DNA of 64,000 bases. Origin: Kiritimatiellia bacterium. Lineage in GTDB: Bacteria > Verrucomicrobiota > Kiritimatiellia > RFP12 > UBA1067. Shown here piece by piece: positions 36,188-46,513 of the stretch. Every line of letters begins with the position of its first letter. The stretch's first letter is position 1. The position numbers and the translations under genes were made by a program. The stretch is from positions 1,442-65,441 of the forward strand of contig JAFPUH010000042.1 of NCBI GenBank assembly GCA_017395505.1. The letters run 5' to 3'. Below the pieces are notes generated by a model. The model saw nothing but the letters and a program-made list of their open reading frames with translations. It did no database searches and was not told the DNA's origin.

Positions 36188-38656
36188 ATGGAAAAGAAAA
36201 CAACAACGAGGAAAAAAGACCGTCGCGTAGAAATGTCCGTTGAGGGCCTCAAGGAGGACTACTCATGGCACCTCAGGTACACTCTCGCCAAGGACGAGAG
36301 CCAGGCGACGCCTCGTGACCAGTACACAGCTTTCGCGCACGCAGTTCGCGACCGCATAGTCGAACGCTGGATCAACACCCAGGCGGAGTATCACCGCCAG
36401 AACACTAAGCGCATCTACTATCTGTCGCTCGAGTTCCTTATCGGACGTCTGCTCGGCAACAACGTCATCAACCTCAAGGCTGATCAGCTCTGCCGCGATG
36501 CGCTCAAGGAATACGGAATAGACTGGAACAGCCTTCGCGACTACGAGAGTGACGCCGGTCTCGGCAACGGCGGGCTTGGCCGACTCGCCGCATGCTACCT
36601 CGACTCGATGTCCACGCTCGACCTCGCCGGTATGGGCTATGGTTTGCGGTACGATTACGGCATCTTCCGCCAGAAGATCGTCAACGGCAACCAGGTCGAG
36701 GAGCCTGACCACTGGCTCAAGGATGGCTATCCGTGGGAGATGGCGCGTCCTGAGTACGCCCAGACCGTCAGTTTCGGCGGGCATGTAGAATGCCTGTCGT
36801 ATCGCGGCCGCCAGCAGTGGCGCTGGGTTCCGGAGGAAACAGTCGAGGGTCTGCCGTACGACCTGCCGATCGTAGGCTACAAGAATGCCGTCAACTCGCT
36901 GCGACTCTGGTCCGCCAAGGCTGTTGACGAGTTCGATCTCGCCGACTTCAACAAGGGTTCCTATGTGGATGCGGTCGAGACCAAGGTGCTCGCCGAGAAC
37001 CTGACGAAGGTGCTTTATCCGAACGACAATACTACCGCCGGCAAGGAGCTTCGCCTGCGTCAGCAGTATTTCTTCGTTGCCTGCTCGCTCAAGGACATTC
37101 TCCGCCGCTTCAGGGAGACGAACGACAGCTGGGATGCGTTGCCCGACAAGGTGTTCATCCATCTCAACGAGACTCACCCGGCGCTGGTCATACCCGAACT
37201 GATGAGAATTCTCATCGACAACGAGGGGCTTGATTGGGACAAGGCCTGGGATCTTACGCGTCGTTCCACCGGCTACACGAACCATACCATCCTTCCCGAG
37301 GCTCTCGAGAAGTGGCCTGTTCCGATGATGGAGAAGCTGCTGCCGCGCCACCTGCAGATCATCTACGAGATCAACGGGCGCTTCCTCCAGCAGATCAGCG
37401 CTCTCTATCCCGGCGACATAAAGCGTCTTCAGAGGATGTCTCTCATCGACGAGTCCGGAGAGCGCTACGTGCGCATGGCCAACATGTGCATAATAGGAAC
37501 TTCGAGCGTCAACGGCGTGGCCGAGCTGCACTCGCAGATCCTCAAGGATTCGCTCTTCAAGGACTTCTACGAGCTCTATCCCGAGAAGTTCCACAACGTT
37601 ACGAACGGAATCACCCCGCGCCGCTGGTTGCTTAAGGCCAACCCCGCGCTTGCCCAGCTCATAAGCGAGTCGATCGGCGAGAAGTGGATAACCAACCTCG
37701 ATCAGCTCAAGAAGATCGAGAAGTTCAAGGACAACGACACCTTCCTCGCCGCGCTCGCCAAGATCAAGCGCAGCAACAAGGGACAGCTGTCTAACTGGGT
37801 GATGCGCAACCTTGGCGTGAAGCTAAATCCCGATGCGATATTCGACGTTCAGGTAAAGCGTCTGCACGAGTACAAGCGTCAGCTTCTTCTCGCGCTGTAC
37901 GTCATTATCTTCTACAACAGGCTCGTCTCCAATCCGAAGTACGATCCGATGCCGCGCAGCTTCATATTTGCGGCCAAGGCGGCTCCGGGCTACTACATGG
38001 CGAAGCTGATCATCCGCTTCATCCACGGCATAGCCGGAGTTGTGAACTCGAACCCTCGCACGCGCGGCAAGCTGTCGCTCGTCTTCCTGCCCGACTATCG
38101 AGTCTCCCTCGCCGAGAAGATAATGCCCGCCGCAGAAGTGTCGGAGCAGATATCCCTCGCCGGCATGGAGGCTTCGGGAACCGGCAACATGAAGTTCATG
38201 ATGAACGGTGCGCTTACGATCGGCACCTACGACGGCGCCAATGTCGAAATCAACCAGGAAGTCGGCGACGACAACATGTTCCTGTTCGGCATGCGTACGG
38301 AGGATGTCGCCAAGCGTCGTCCCGCCTATGTCGCGCGCGACATATACAAGAACGACCCCGAGATCCGCGAGGCCCTTGATATGATAAAGGCCAATGTGTT
38401 CTCGCTTCTCGAGCCGGGACTGTTCGATCCCATACTTCGTAGCCTGCTGGACTACAACGACTACTACATGCTTCTCGCCGACCTTAAGAGCTACATGGCC
38501 GCGCAGGATCGTGTCGACGCCACCTATCGCGATGCGAAGAAGTGGAACAGGATGTCGCTTGTGAACATAGCCCGTTCCGGACGCTTCTCGTCCGATCGCG
38601 CCGTGCTTGAGTACGCCAAGGACATCTGGCACGTCGAGCCTGTAGCGTTCTCCTGA
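36188..38656 (+). CDS. glgP: glycogen/maltodextrin phosphorylase
   Basis: 822 aa with typical phosphorylase motifs (GNGGLGRLAAC, EASGTGNMKFMMNGA). Confidence 0.9.
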   Translation: MEKKTTTRKKDRRVEMSVEGLKEDYSWHLRYTLAKDESQATPRDQYTAFAHAVRDRIVERWINTQAEYHRQNTKRIYYLSLEFLIGRLLGNNVINLKADQLCRDALKEYGIDWNSLRDYESDAGLGNGGLGRLAACYLDSMSTLDLAGMGYGLRYDYGIFRQKIVNGNQVEEPDHWLKDGYPWEMARPEYAQTVSFGGHVECLSYRGRQQWRWVPEETVEGLPYDLPIVGYKNAVNSLRLWSAKAVDEFDLADFNKGSYVDAVETKVLAENLTKVLYPNDNTTAGKELRLRQQYFFVACSLKDILRRFRETNDSWDALPDKVFIHLNETHPALVIPELMRILIDNEGLDWDKAWDLTRRSTGYTNHTILPEALEKWPVPMMEKLLPRHLQIIYEINGRFLQQISALYPGDIKRLQRMSLIDESGERYVRMANMCIIGTSSVNGVAELHSQILKDSLFKDFYELYPEKFHNVTNGITPRRWLLKANPALAQLISESIGEKWITNLDQLKKIEKFKDNDTFLAALAKIKRSNKGQLSNWVMRNLGVKLNPDAIFDVQVKRLHEYKRQLLLALYVIIFYNRLVSNPKYDPMPRSFIFAAKAAPGYYMAKLIIRFIHGIAGVVNSNPRTRGKLSLVFLPDYRVSLAEKIMPAAEVSEQISLAGMEASGTGNMKFMMNGALTIGTYDGANVEINQEVGDDNMFLFGMRTEDVAKRRPAYVARDIYKNDPEIREALDMIKANVFSLLEPGLFDPILRSLLDYNDYYMLLADLKSYMAAQDRVDATYRDAKKWNRMSLVNIARSGRFSSDRAVLEYAKDIWHVEPVAFS

Positions 38657-38664
38657 GGCGGTGT

Positions 38665-39537
38665 ATGGCCAAGGTGAAGGATCAGTCTGACGCAGAATAC
38701 TACGTGCGAGCCGCCGACGAGACGGTCTTCGGCCCCATAGGCATGGAGACACTCGTCGAGTGGGCCAGGGATTCGCGCATAGACCCGACCTCTGCCGTCT
38801 CGACCGATCAGAAGACGTGGCGACCTGCGCCGCTGATTCCCGAGTTGGAGATGACATGGCTTGTAGAGACAGACCCAGGCACATTTTATGGTCCATTCAA
38901 CCGTGCAGTTGTGGATGGTCTCTTCGAGGCTGGTACGCTTACCCGCGAAGCCCGTCTTTACGAGCTTGATACCGGCAAGTCATCTGCGGAACGCGCCAGA
39001 ATGGAGGCGGAGATAGCGGCCAAGACAAAGGCGATCGCCGATCTTGAGAAACGTGCCGGCGAACAGGCCGAGACGACCAAGAAGACGATGGGCTTCATGG
39101 AGGCCAAGCTGGCAGAGCTTACCGCGGCCATAGGCGAGATCGGCAAGACTGCCGAGGCTGACCATTCTCTTGCAAAGGAAGAGGTATTCAAGTCTCGCGA
39201 GAGGGCAGATGCCGCCGAGTCGCGCGCCGTTCAGGCTGAGGCCGACCGTGATGCGCTTGAGAGGAAGCTGGCCGTAGCAGAGACTGAAATCGCCGATCTT
39301 CGCTCTCAGCTTGAGGCGGTGACCAAATTCTCTTCGGTCCAATCTCAAGTGTCCGTTTCTGATGCAATACAGCCTGAGGTCATCATGGCTGAGCCGCCGT
39401 CCAGGGGTGCACCGCATTTCCCTGGCGTAGGCAGTTCGTCGGGATTGGCCGCGCTTGAGGCCGCCGCTAGACGAGAGCTTGCGGCCGCCAAGAAGCATGG
39501 AATATCGCTCGGTGGGATTTTCGGAGGTAAGAAGTGA
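38665..39537 (+). CDS. GYF_2-like double-domain coiled-coil protein
   Basis: Two N-terminal repeats of the pattern W/Y..x..ETVFGP...L..W...G.I, followed by a long coiled coil. Confidence 0.65.
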   Translation: MAKVKDQSDAEYYVRAADETVFGPIGMETLVEWARDSRIDPTSAVSTDQKTWRPAPLIPELEMTWLVETDPGTFYGPFNRAVVDGLFEAGTLTREARLYELDTGKSSAERARMEAEIAAKTKAIADLEKRAGEQAETTKKTMGFMEAKLAELTAAIGEIGKTAEADHSLAKEEVFKSRERADAAESRAVQAEADRDALERKLAVAETEIADLRSQLEAVTKFSSVQSQVSVSDAIQPEVIMAEPPSRGAPHFPGVGSSSGLAALEAAARRELAAAKKHGISLGGIFGGKK

Positions 39538-40784
39538 GCTCCAGCGAAACGAAGTGGTTCCTGCGAACCCAGGATGAGACATTCGGTCCCGAGACCGAGG
39601 AAAAGCTCGTCGAATGGGCCAGGATGGGCAGGATACAGCCAGGTCAGGAGATTTCTGAAGACAACATCGCTTGGCGCAGGGTCGAGGATGTGCCTTTCCT
39701 GGATATGCGCTTTTCGATCGACCTTGGCGACGGCAACCCTCGCGGACCTTTCAACAAGGCCGCGGCCGAGGCATTGTTGGCTTCGGGCAGACTCCCGCCG
39801 ACGGCAACACTGGTCGAGGTACGCGAGCCGTTCCCTGAGCCTGAAGCAGCACCGACTGAAGAGTCCGAGTCCGAGCCTATCTTGGAGCCAGAGCAGGTGC
39901 CAGCTCCCGAGCCTGTGCAGCCTCGCGTAATAGAGAAGGTTGTAGTCAAGGAGGTGCGCGTCGAAGTCCCCGTCGAAAAGACCGTCATCAAGGAGGTTCG
40001 CGTAGAGGTTCCTGTCGAGGTAGAGAAGATTGTTGTGGACGAAACGCGCGTCAGGGAGCTGGAGAAGCTTCTTGATGACGCAAACCGCGAGACCGCCAAG
40101 CTCAAAGAGCAGGTTGTCGCTCTGTCCGACGAGCTTCGCCGTCTGCCTCAGGCCGCCAGCGAGGTGGCCGACATACAGGCTGCGATGTTCACCGCGATGA
40201 CAAGCGAGGCAGAGGAGCTTCAGAAGCTTCTTGAAGATGAGAAGAGGGATGCCGAGGAGTTCCGCAAGCGCCATCAGGAGAGGGCCGACAAGCTGCTTGA
40301 GCGTCGCCGCAACCTGCTGAAGCGCGCCGGTGCCAACATAGAGGAGATGACCCGCAAGGCGCTTATAGAGCGTCCGGAGGATCCTCGCACTGCCCAGTTG
40401 CGCCGCGAATTGGAGGATCTGCGTCGCGTTAGCGAGAGGAAGGCTTTCGATTACGAAGATCGCATACGCGGCCTCACCGAGAAGCTGAAGGTTCGCGAGA
40501 CCGAGCTGTCTAGGGCTACCGCGGGGATGAAGGATGTGACCCAGCTTCAGGCCGAGGTTCAGGCTCTAAAGGAGCAGGTGCAGCTGCGCGAGAAGGATCT
40601 TATGGCAGAGCGTCAGAAGGGCGAGGAGATGCGGCAGCAGCAGGCTTTCGCTCAACAGGCTATGATGGCTCGCCTGGCTCAGCTAGAGTCGCCTTCGATC
40701 GGAACTGTGCAGTCGCTTTCGACCAACCAGAGCCGTGAGGCCAAGCTGGTCAAGCTGCCTCGCTGGATGAAGATTGGTTCATGA
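39534..40784 (+). CDS. GYF_2-like coiled-coil protein (paralogue of preceding gene)
   Basis: Same N-terminal architecture (WFLRTQDETFGPETEEKLVEWARMGRI), KEVRVEVPVE tandem repeats, and a long coiled coil. 4-nt overlaps with both neighbours. Confidence 0.65.
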   Translation: MSSSETKWFLRTQDETFGPETEEKLVEWARMGRIQPGQEISEDNIAWRRVEDVPFLDMRFSIDLGDGNPRGPFNKAAAEALLASGRLPPTATLVEVREPFPEPEAAPTEESESEPILEPEQVPAPEPVQPRVIEKVVVKEVRVEVPVEKTVIKEVRVEVPVEVEKIVVDETRVRELEKLLDDANRETAKLKEQVVALSDELRRLPQAASEVADIQAAMFTAMTSEAEELQKLLEDEKRDAEEFRKRHQERADKLLERRRNLLKRAGANIEEMTRKALIERPEDPRTAQLRRELEDLRRVSERKAFDYEDRIRGLTEKLKVRETELSRATAGMKDVTQLQAEVQALKEQVQLREKDLMAERQKGEEMRQQQAFAQQAMMARLAQLESPSIGTVQSLSTNQSREAKLVKLPRWMKIGS

Positions 40785-42331
40785 CGACATTCGCTTGCAT
40801 CCTTCTGGCCGTTCTGTCGATTTGGGACTATCCATCCCGTCAGGTTCGTCACGACCAGTTGCGGCAGCAGTTCATAGTCGCGCTTCGCGAGGGCGACACT
40901 GAGACGATGATAGAGACGTGCCGCAAAGGCGTTCAGCTTCTGCCTGACGATCCTACTTGGCACTACAACCTCGCCTGTTCCCTCGCGTATCAGAGAAAGC
41001 CTAAAGAGAGCCTTGACGAACTTGAGGTCGCCATCGATCTCGGCTTCCGCAACGCTGACCAGATAGCGAACGACAGCGATCTGAAGCGAATCGCCAAGGA
41101 GCCCCGCTTCAAGGAACTTGTGGATTATGCGCGCGAGATACAAACGAAGCCTATTCTATCAGGGCCGATGGCCAGCGTTCCCGCGACGGGTCTGTTCGGC
41201 CGCTCGATAGCGCTTGGTGCGCAGAACTTCTCGTGGGACTTCGATGCCGGATGCTTTCTGGCAAAGCTGAAGCTTGCCGCCGATGGTTCAGGCGGGAATG
41301 TCGGCGACCTCTATGTTAATCGCGATTCCTTCCATTCGCCGAACGGACGCGAGGCGCTTGATGCGTTTCTGTCGGAATATCCCGGACTGACATGCGTTAC
41401 GCTCGACCAGGAGGGCCGTTCAAGGGGGATGGATCTTGATTTTCCCAACGCCATATATCCATACCCGGTCTTCGGCAACTCTTCAAGGGCTAGGGTAGGC
41501 GACCAGTATTGGCGCTCCCTGCCGCGTGCGCTCGTTACGAGCGAGGCCGTGCGGCTGAAGACGATGGCCCGTCTATACCTTTCCAATCAGATATGGGTGT
41601 TCCCTTCAAACGCCGACACTCCGCCCGTAGGCACGAACGGTGATGTATTTGCCTCTGTTGCGCCATATTGGCTCACGACCGCCGGACGCAGCTGGAGCGA
41701 TCTGCCTTACCTGAAGGCCGCGCTTGAAGCTAGCCGCTCGTTGCCGGCCGAGACCAAGAAGTCTGCCGTCGCGCGTGGACTTCTGGCGCCGACCATACAG
41801 ACCTTGATCCGCAAGTCTCTTAAAGGCGTAGAGAGCGAGAGCGACTATCTTACCTCAAAGGCCCATCCGACGGCTCTTCCGCCTGGCGGCCTCGACCTTG
41901 AACGCCTTAAGGCTTCCGCCGCCGCTCTCAAGCCGTCCGCCGTACCGCCCTTGGCCGTTATCGCGGTTAGTCCACGGCCCATCGCCGAAGAAACGGTCTG
42001 GCCAGAGCTTACCTATGCAACCGGCTTTGCGTGGGCCTATGTGCTGCGCGCCGAAGAGAACGAGCGCTCGTTTTCCGTAAAGGCCAAAGGTGCCGGCGAC
42101 TACATGTTTTCGATAGTTCATGACGATCTTGGCGCCGCAAAACTTGAGCGTCTGGGGTATGACAGCGCCGTAATAACGATCGACAGGTCGAAACTGACGC
42201 CAACCAACCGTGTGGACCTTGCCGTTTTCGGGCGTTCTGCCGCTTCCGGTTGGGGTGCGCCAAGCTACGTGTCGTTTGCTGTGGTCGATGAAGATGCGCC
42301 TTATTCCGATCCGGTGCTGACGCCGCGATGA
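40781..42331 (+). CDS. hypothetical protein with N-terminal hydrophobic segment and TPR-like region (516 aa)
   Basis: Translationally coupled to the preceding gene. No catalytic motif recognised. Confidence 0.65.
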   Translation: MTTFACILLAVLSIWDYPSRQVRHDQLRQQFIVALREGDTETMIETCRKGVQLLPDDPTWHYNLACSLAYQRKPKESLDELEVAIDLGFRNADQIANDSDLKRIAKEPRFKELVDYAREIQTKPILSGPMASVPATGLFGRSIALGAQNFSWDFDAGCFLAKLKLAADGSGGNVGDLYVNRDSFHSPNGREALDAFLSEYPGLTCVTLDQEGRSRGMDLDFPNAIYPYPVFGNSSRARVGDQYWRSLPRALVTSEAVRLKTMARLYLSNQIWVFPSNADTPPVGTNGDVFASVAPYWLTTAGRSWSDLPYLKAALEASRSLPAETKKSAVARGLLAPTIQTLIRKSLKGVESESDYLTSKAHPTALPPGGLDLERLKASAAALKPSAVPPLAVIAVSPRPIAEETVWPELTYATGFAWAYVLRAEENERSFSVKAKGAGDYMFSIVHDDLGAAKLERLGYDSAVITIDRSKLTPTNRVDLAVFGRSAASGWGAPSYVSFAVVDEDAPYSDPVLTPR

Positions 42332-43320
42332 AATACGTACTTGCTCCGTTGGCTGAGTTCACCGACGCTCCATTTCGCCTCACATGTCATGAGGCCGGGG
42401 CGGATCAGACATACACCGAAATGGTTTCTGCCGCGGCGCTCTTCTACGGACACGGTCCTACTCGCCATCTGATGGAGACTATGCCTGGAGAAGGGCCGGT
42501 CGCCTGCCAGATTTTCGGAGCCAACGAGGAGGAAATCGCCTTTACCGCTGCAGAGGCTTCGAAACTAATGTCGCCCGATGGCGACAAACCTCGCTTTTGC
42601 GAAATTAACCTCAATGCCGGCTGCCCGATGCCGCGGATAGTGAGATGTGGCGCAGGTGCCAGCCTTGTGACGGATCCTGAGAGGGTGTATCGTCTGCTCA
42701 AGGCGATTGTCGCCAACACAACCCTGCCTGTCACATTGAAGACGCGCCTTGGACCTCGCCTTGGCGAAAACACGGTATTCGAACTTGCGGATGCCGCGGA
42801 GCGTGCAGGTGCAAGCGGGCTTTGCGTTCACGCCCGCTACACGAGCCAGATGCATGGCGGGCCAGTAAATCTCGATGTCCTCGCCGAACTCGTCAGCCGC
42901 ACCAGATTGCCCGTTACGGGCAACGGAGGAGTGAAGTGCGCGGAAGATGCGCGCAATATGGCGGCGACGGGAGTATCTGCCGTAATGATTGGGCGGACGG
43001 CTCTGCGCGATCCGTCCATCTTTGCGCGGCTAAAAGGCATCAATGTGGGCATTTTCTCCGGACCCGAATGGGCAAGGCGCCATCTCGATCATCTTCTTGA
43101 TTTTCGGCGTATGCTCGTATCGAAGTATCCCGTAGACCATGTGCCGTGCGAAGACGGATATGTCGGCATAAAGATGCACACGCATCTCTTTCGCTACTTT
43201 TCCGGAATGCCGGGAGCCGCGGCTCTCCGTGCAAGGCTGAATTCGATACGCACTCTGGCGGAAGTACGCGAGGTGCTAGCCATGCCTGCTCTTGCGCCTA
43301 AAAACTCAGATTTGATATAA
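42328..43320 (+). CDS. dus: tRNA-dihydrouridine synthase
   Basis: LAPLAEFTDAPFR, NLNAGCP and TLKTRLG motifs. Confidence 0.85.
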   Translation: MKYVLAPLAEFTDAPFRLTCHEAGADQTYTEMVSAAALFYGHGPTRHLMETMPGEGPVACQIFGANEEEIAFTAAEASKLMSPDGDKPRFCEINLNAGCPMPRIVRCGAGASLVTDPERVYRLLKAIVANTTLPVTLKTRLGPRLGENTVFELADAAERAGASGLCVHARYTSQMHGGPVNLDVLAELVSRTRLPVTGNGGVKCAEDARNMAATGVSAVMIGRTALRDPSIFARLKGINVGIFSGPEWARRHLDHLLDFRRMLVSKYPVDHVPCEDGYVGIKMHTHLFRYFSGMPGAAALRARLNSIRTLAEVREVLAMPALAPKNSDLI

Positions 43321-43348
43321 TACTAACCTTGTAGGTTTTGTCGCAATT

Positions 43349-45457
43349 ATGGTTGCGGCGTTCGCACAGGCTGGATCGTCCATCGAGAAGGTCGTTCCAG
43401 AGAGCTACGTATCTAGGGCATGGACGGTAAAGACCTCGACAAACGTCGAGATGCGTGTTACATTCTGGCGGTCTGACGTGTTTCGCATCGAGGCGGGACC
43501 GCTCGTAGCCGACACGAACGTAACGGTAAAGACGGAGATTTCCGCGACCGGCCAGTACATAACGACGACTAATTCGGCGTTCGTGGCGAGCTATGCGGAT
43601 CCTAAGAACGATCCTGCGAAGACCCAGATGCTCGTGGACGGCGCGGCTGAGGATATGACGCGTGTCCGCTTCGCCGACGGCGAGGGTGAATATGTCTGGG
43701 AGACGAGTGCGTTGAAGCTCAAGCTCGACAAGGGGGCCGGAACTTTCGAGTGTCGTCTGCCTACGGGCGAAACGGTCTTTAGGCAGACGCGTCCTGTGGC
43801 GCTGATCAAGTCGCAGTCGACCAACGAGACCGACGATACCATACTCTATCTCGCCTCCAACAGCAGGGCGCGCTATTTTGGCGGTGGTCAGCAGAACGGC
43901 GACGTCAACCACACGGGCAGGAAGATCGATATCGTCGCCGACTGCAAGTGGGACGAGGGTGGCCATCCGAATCCCGCGCCATGGATGATGGCGCGAGTCG
44001 AGAAGGGCGTCTACTACGGTATCTTCCGCCATACCTTCTCGGCCGGCAACTACGATTTCAGGGGCAAGGACGAGATCGCGCTTACGCAGTACGAGTACAG
44101 GTTCGATGCGTTCTTCTTCGTCGGCACGAGCTTCAATCAGGTGCTGAACCGCTATACGGAGCTTACCGGACGGCCGAACTTCGTGCCGGTCTGGGCGCTG
44201 GAGCTGGGCGACGCCGATGCGTGGATGACCCGCGACAAGGATACCCGCGAACCCAAGCAGAACGCCGACTATTCGTACGTCGAGACTACGACCGATGTCG
44301 TCGCACGCAACGCCGAGAAGTATCGCGCCGAAGACATGCCCTGCGGCTGGCTGCTGGTGAATGACGGCTACGGCTGCAAGTATATGCAGCTCGGCTGGAC
44401 AGTCGAGGCGCTAAAGTCGCTCGGCTTCAGGACTGGCCTCTGGACCGAGGGCGACCTCGACCGCATCAACTGGGAGATCGGCAAGGCCGGAACTCGCATC
44501 CAGAAGATCGACGTCGCGTGGTCGGGTCCGGCGTATCAGCACGGTCTTGAGTGCAACAAGACTGCCTACGACGGCTTCATCAACAATTCCGACGCTCGCG
44601 CGTTCATCTGGACGTGCCAGGGCTGGGCTGGAACGCAGCGCTACGGCGTCTGCTGGACGGGCGACCAGTACGGAAACCTCGATCTCGTCAGATACCACAT
44701 CCCGACGATCGCCGGCTCCGGCATGAGCGGTCAGGCTTACGCCACAACCGACATCGACGGCATCTTCGGCGGCTCGAACGAGAGCTATGTGCGCGACCTT
44801 GAGTTCAAGTGCTTCACGCCCGCTCTCTATGTGATGGACGGCTGGAGCGATGTGAACAAGGCGCCGTGGAGCTTTCCCGAGCCCTACAAGAGCATCATCC
44901 GCGACTGGCTGAAGTGGAAGCTTCGCATAACGCCCTACATGTACACGACCTGCCGCGAGGCCTGGGATACTGGCGCGCCGATCGTCCGTCCGCTCGCTTG
45001 GAACTATCCCGACGACGATGTGGCGCTCTCCGACAGGGTGAAGTACGAGATGATGCTCGGCCGCGACTTCCTCGTGGCGCCCATGTTCGATTCCGAGGAG
45101 GCTTCCGAGGGTTGGTATCTGCGCGGCATCTACCTGCCCGACGGCATGTGGTACGACTACAACGACGGCCGCCGCGTAAATGGAGGAATGACGATCTCCG
45201 CGTATCCGACGACCCTCGCCACGCTGCCTGTCTTCGTTCGCGGCGGAGCGATCATACCTATGTATCCCGAAACGCAGTATTCCGACCAGATGGTCAAGGA
45301 TGTCGTTACGTTCGACATCTGGCCCGACGGCGACAGCGAGTACGCGATGTACGAGGATGACGGCGAAACGCGCGCCTACGAGAAGGGCGAGTGGACGACC
45401 CAGACGGTGAAGGTGTCTGCGCCCAAGGCCGATTTCGCGGGCGACATCAAGGTTTAG
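43349..45457 (+). CDS. glycoside hydrolase family 31, catalytic part (ends at in-frame TAG)
   Basis: GH31-like motifs (KIDVAWSG, WTGDQYGNLD). Confidence 0.85.
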   Translation: MVAAFAQAGSSIEKVVPESYVSRAWTVKTSTNVEMRVTFWRSDVFRIEAGPLVADTNVTVKTEISATGQYITTTNSAFVASYADPKNDPAKTQMLVDGAAEDMTRVRFADGEGEYVWETSALKLKLDKGAGTFECRLPTGETVFRQTRPVALIKSQSTNETDDTILYLASNSRARYFGGGQQNGDVNHTGRKIDIVADCKWDEGGHPNPAPWMMARVEKGVYYGIFRHTFSAGNYDFRGKDEIALTQYEYRFDAFFFVGTSFNQVLNRYTELTGRPNFVPVWALELGDADAWMTRDKDTREPKQNADYSYVETTTDVVARNAEKYRAEDMPCGWLLVNDGYGCKYMQLGWTVEALKSLGFRTGLWTEGDLDRINWEIGKAGTRIQKIDVAWSGPAYQHGLECNKTAYDGFINNSDARAFIWTCQGWAGTQRYGVCWTGDQYGNLDLVRYHIPTIAGSGMSGQAYATTDIDGIFGGSNESYVRDLEFKCFTPALYVMDGWSDVNKAPWSFPEPYKSIIRDWLKWKLRITPYMYTTCREAWDTGAPIVRPLAWNYPDDDVALSDRVKYEMMLGRDFLVAPMFDSEEASEGWYLRGIYLPDGMWYDYNDGRRVNGGMTISAYPTTLATLPVFVRGGAIIPMYPETQYSDQMVKDVVTFDIWPDGDSEYAMYEDDGETRAYEKGEWTTQTVKVSAPKADFAGDIKV

Positions 45458-45460
45458 ATC

Positions 45461-46141
45461 ATGCCTGTCGAGGGCAAGGGCTTCAAGGGGCAGCTCAAGG
45501 AGCGCGCCTACGAGCTTTGGGTGCATACGGCCGTTGCGCCTTCGCAGGTCTTGCTAGCCGGCGAGGAGGTTCTCGCCATCAGCGAGACGAACGCGACCAG
45601 GGTCGCCAGAATATACGCCAACTCCCGCCAGTGCTGGTACTACGACGCGGCGGAGAAGGACGGCACCGTCAAGATCAAGCTCGCCAAGCGTTGCGTCAAG
45701 TCGGCATGCGACGTGACGATCAACTCCGCCGTCGCCAAGAAGGTCTCGAGCCAGGCCTATCCCAAGGCTCCAAAGGAGATCGCCAAGAGGATTGCCGCCG
45801 CCAAGGAGCAGACGAAGTATGTCGCAGGCATGAACTCGCCTAACCTCTACCAGCAGATGGGTCAGGAGTTCAAGGTGCCGGTAGACGGTTCGTGGAAGCG
45901 CGTGACCGGTTCGGTCGTCTGCTCGTCCGATACCGATCCCAAGGCTGTCGTAACCTTCCGCCTGACGACAGACACCGGCAAGGTGATCTTCGAGCGCGTC
46001 GGCCAGAAGGGCAACGATGCGCCGCAGCTTGTGGCCGTGAACATACCGTCCTACGCCAACATGCTGATCTTCAGCGTCAAGCGCGAAGACGATGGCGTTC
46101 CCTCGCTCGGCGTCTGGAAGGATATCAAGCTTGTCAAGTGA
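45461..46141 (+). CDS. C-terminal beta-sandwich + NPCBM-like carbohydrate-binding part of the same GH31
   Basis: Same reading frame as 43349-45457, separated only by TAG-ATC. The sequence continues the distal GH31 domain pattern. Confidence 0.7.
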   Translation: MPVEGKGFKGQLKERAYELWVHTAVAPSQVLLAGEEVLAISETNATRVARIYANSRQCWYYDAAEKDGTVKIKLAKRCVKSACDVTINSAVAKKVSSQAYPKAPKEIAKRIAAAKEQTKYVAGMNSPNLYQQMGQEFKVPVDGSWKRVTGSVVCSSDTDPKAVVTFRLTTDTGKVIFERVGQKGNDAPQLVAVNIPSYANMLIFSVKREDDGVPSLGVWKDIKLVK

Positions 46142-46146
46142 CCAGG

Positions 46147-46176
46147 TTGCGCTGATGTGCCCGGTTATGATATAAT
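46147..46176 (+). promoter_or_regulatory. infA promoter (TTGCGC-18-TATAAT, extended TG)
   Basis: -35 at 46147-46152 and TGATATAAT at 46168-46176, 34 nt upstream of the ATG. Confidence 0.45.
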
Positions 46177-46209
46177 ACACAAGTTTCACAGGCAAAAAAG
46201 GTTAAACGA

Positions 46210-46458
46210 ATGGCGAAAGAAGAAGATCAGGCGATCGAAGTGACGGGTGTCGTCACCAAGGTTTTGCCTGCCACCATGTATAAAGTGAGGCTCGAGAACG
46301 GGCACGAGGTTCTTGCCCACATTTCGGGCAAGATGCGCAAGTTCTTCATAAAGATCGCGATCGGCGACACTGTCACCGTCGAGATCTCGCCCTACGATCT
46401 GGGCAAGGGCCGTATCACCTATCGCCATAAGGACCAGGCGACCCCGGCGCAGCATTGA
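46210..46458 (+). CDS. infA: translation initiation factor IF-1
   Basis: S1-like sequence ([36 protein letters not shown]). Confidence 0.95.
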   Translation: MAKEEDQAIEVTGVVTKVLPATMYKVRLENGHEVLAHISGKMRKFFIKIAIGDTVTVEISPYDLGKGRITYRHKDQATPAQH

Positions 46459-46513
46459 GTCCGGCAAGCCGATTGATTTAACTAGACAACTATAACTCGA
46501 AAGGAACCATACA

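Noticed and set aside
45455-45457. Alternative genetic code or pyrrolysine-type reading of TAG in the GH31 gene
   Set aside because: TAG terminates the trmJ-like gene (24912-24914) and the second permease (27050-27052) at the expected protein ends. No recoding machinery is visible.
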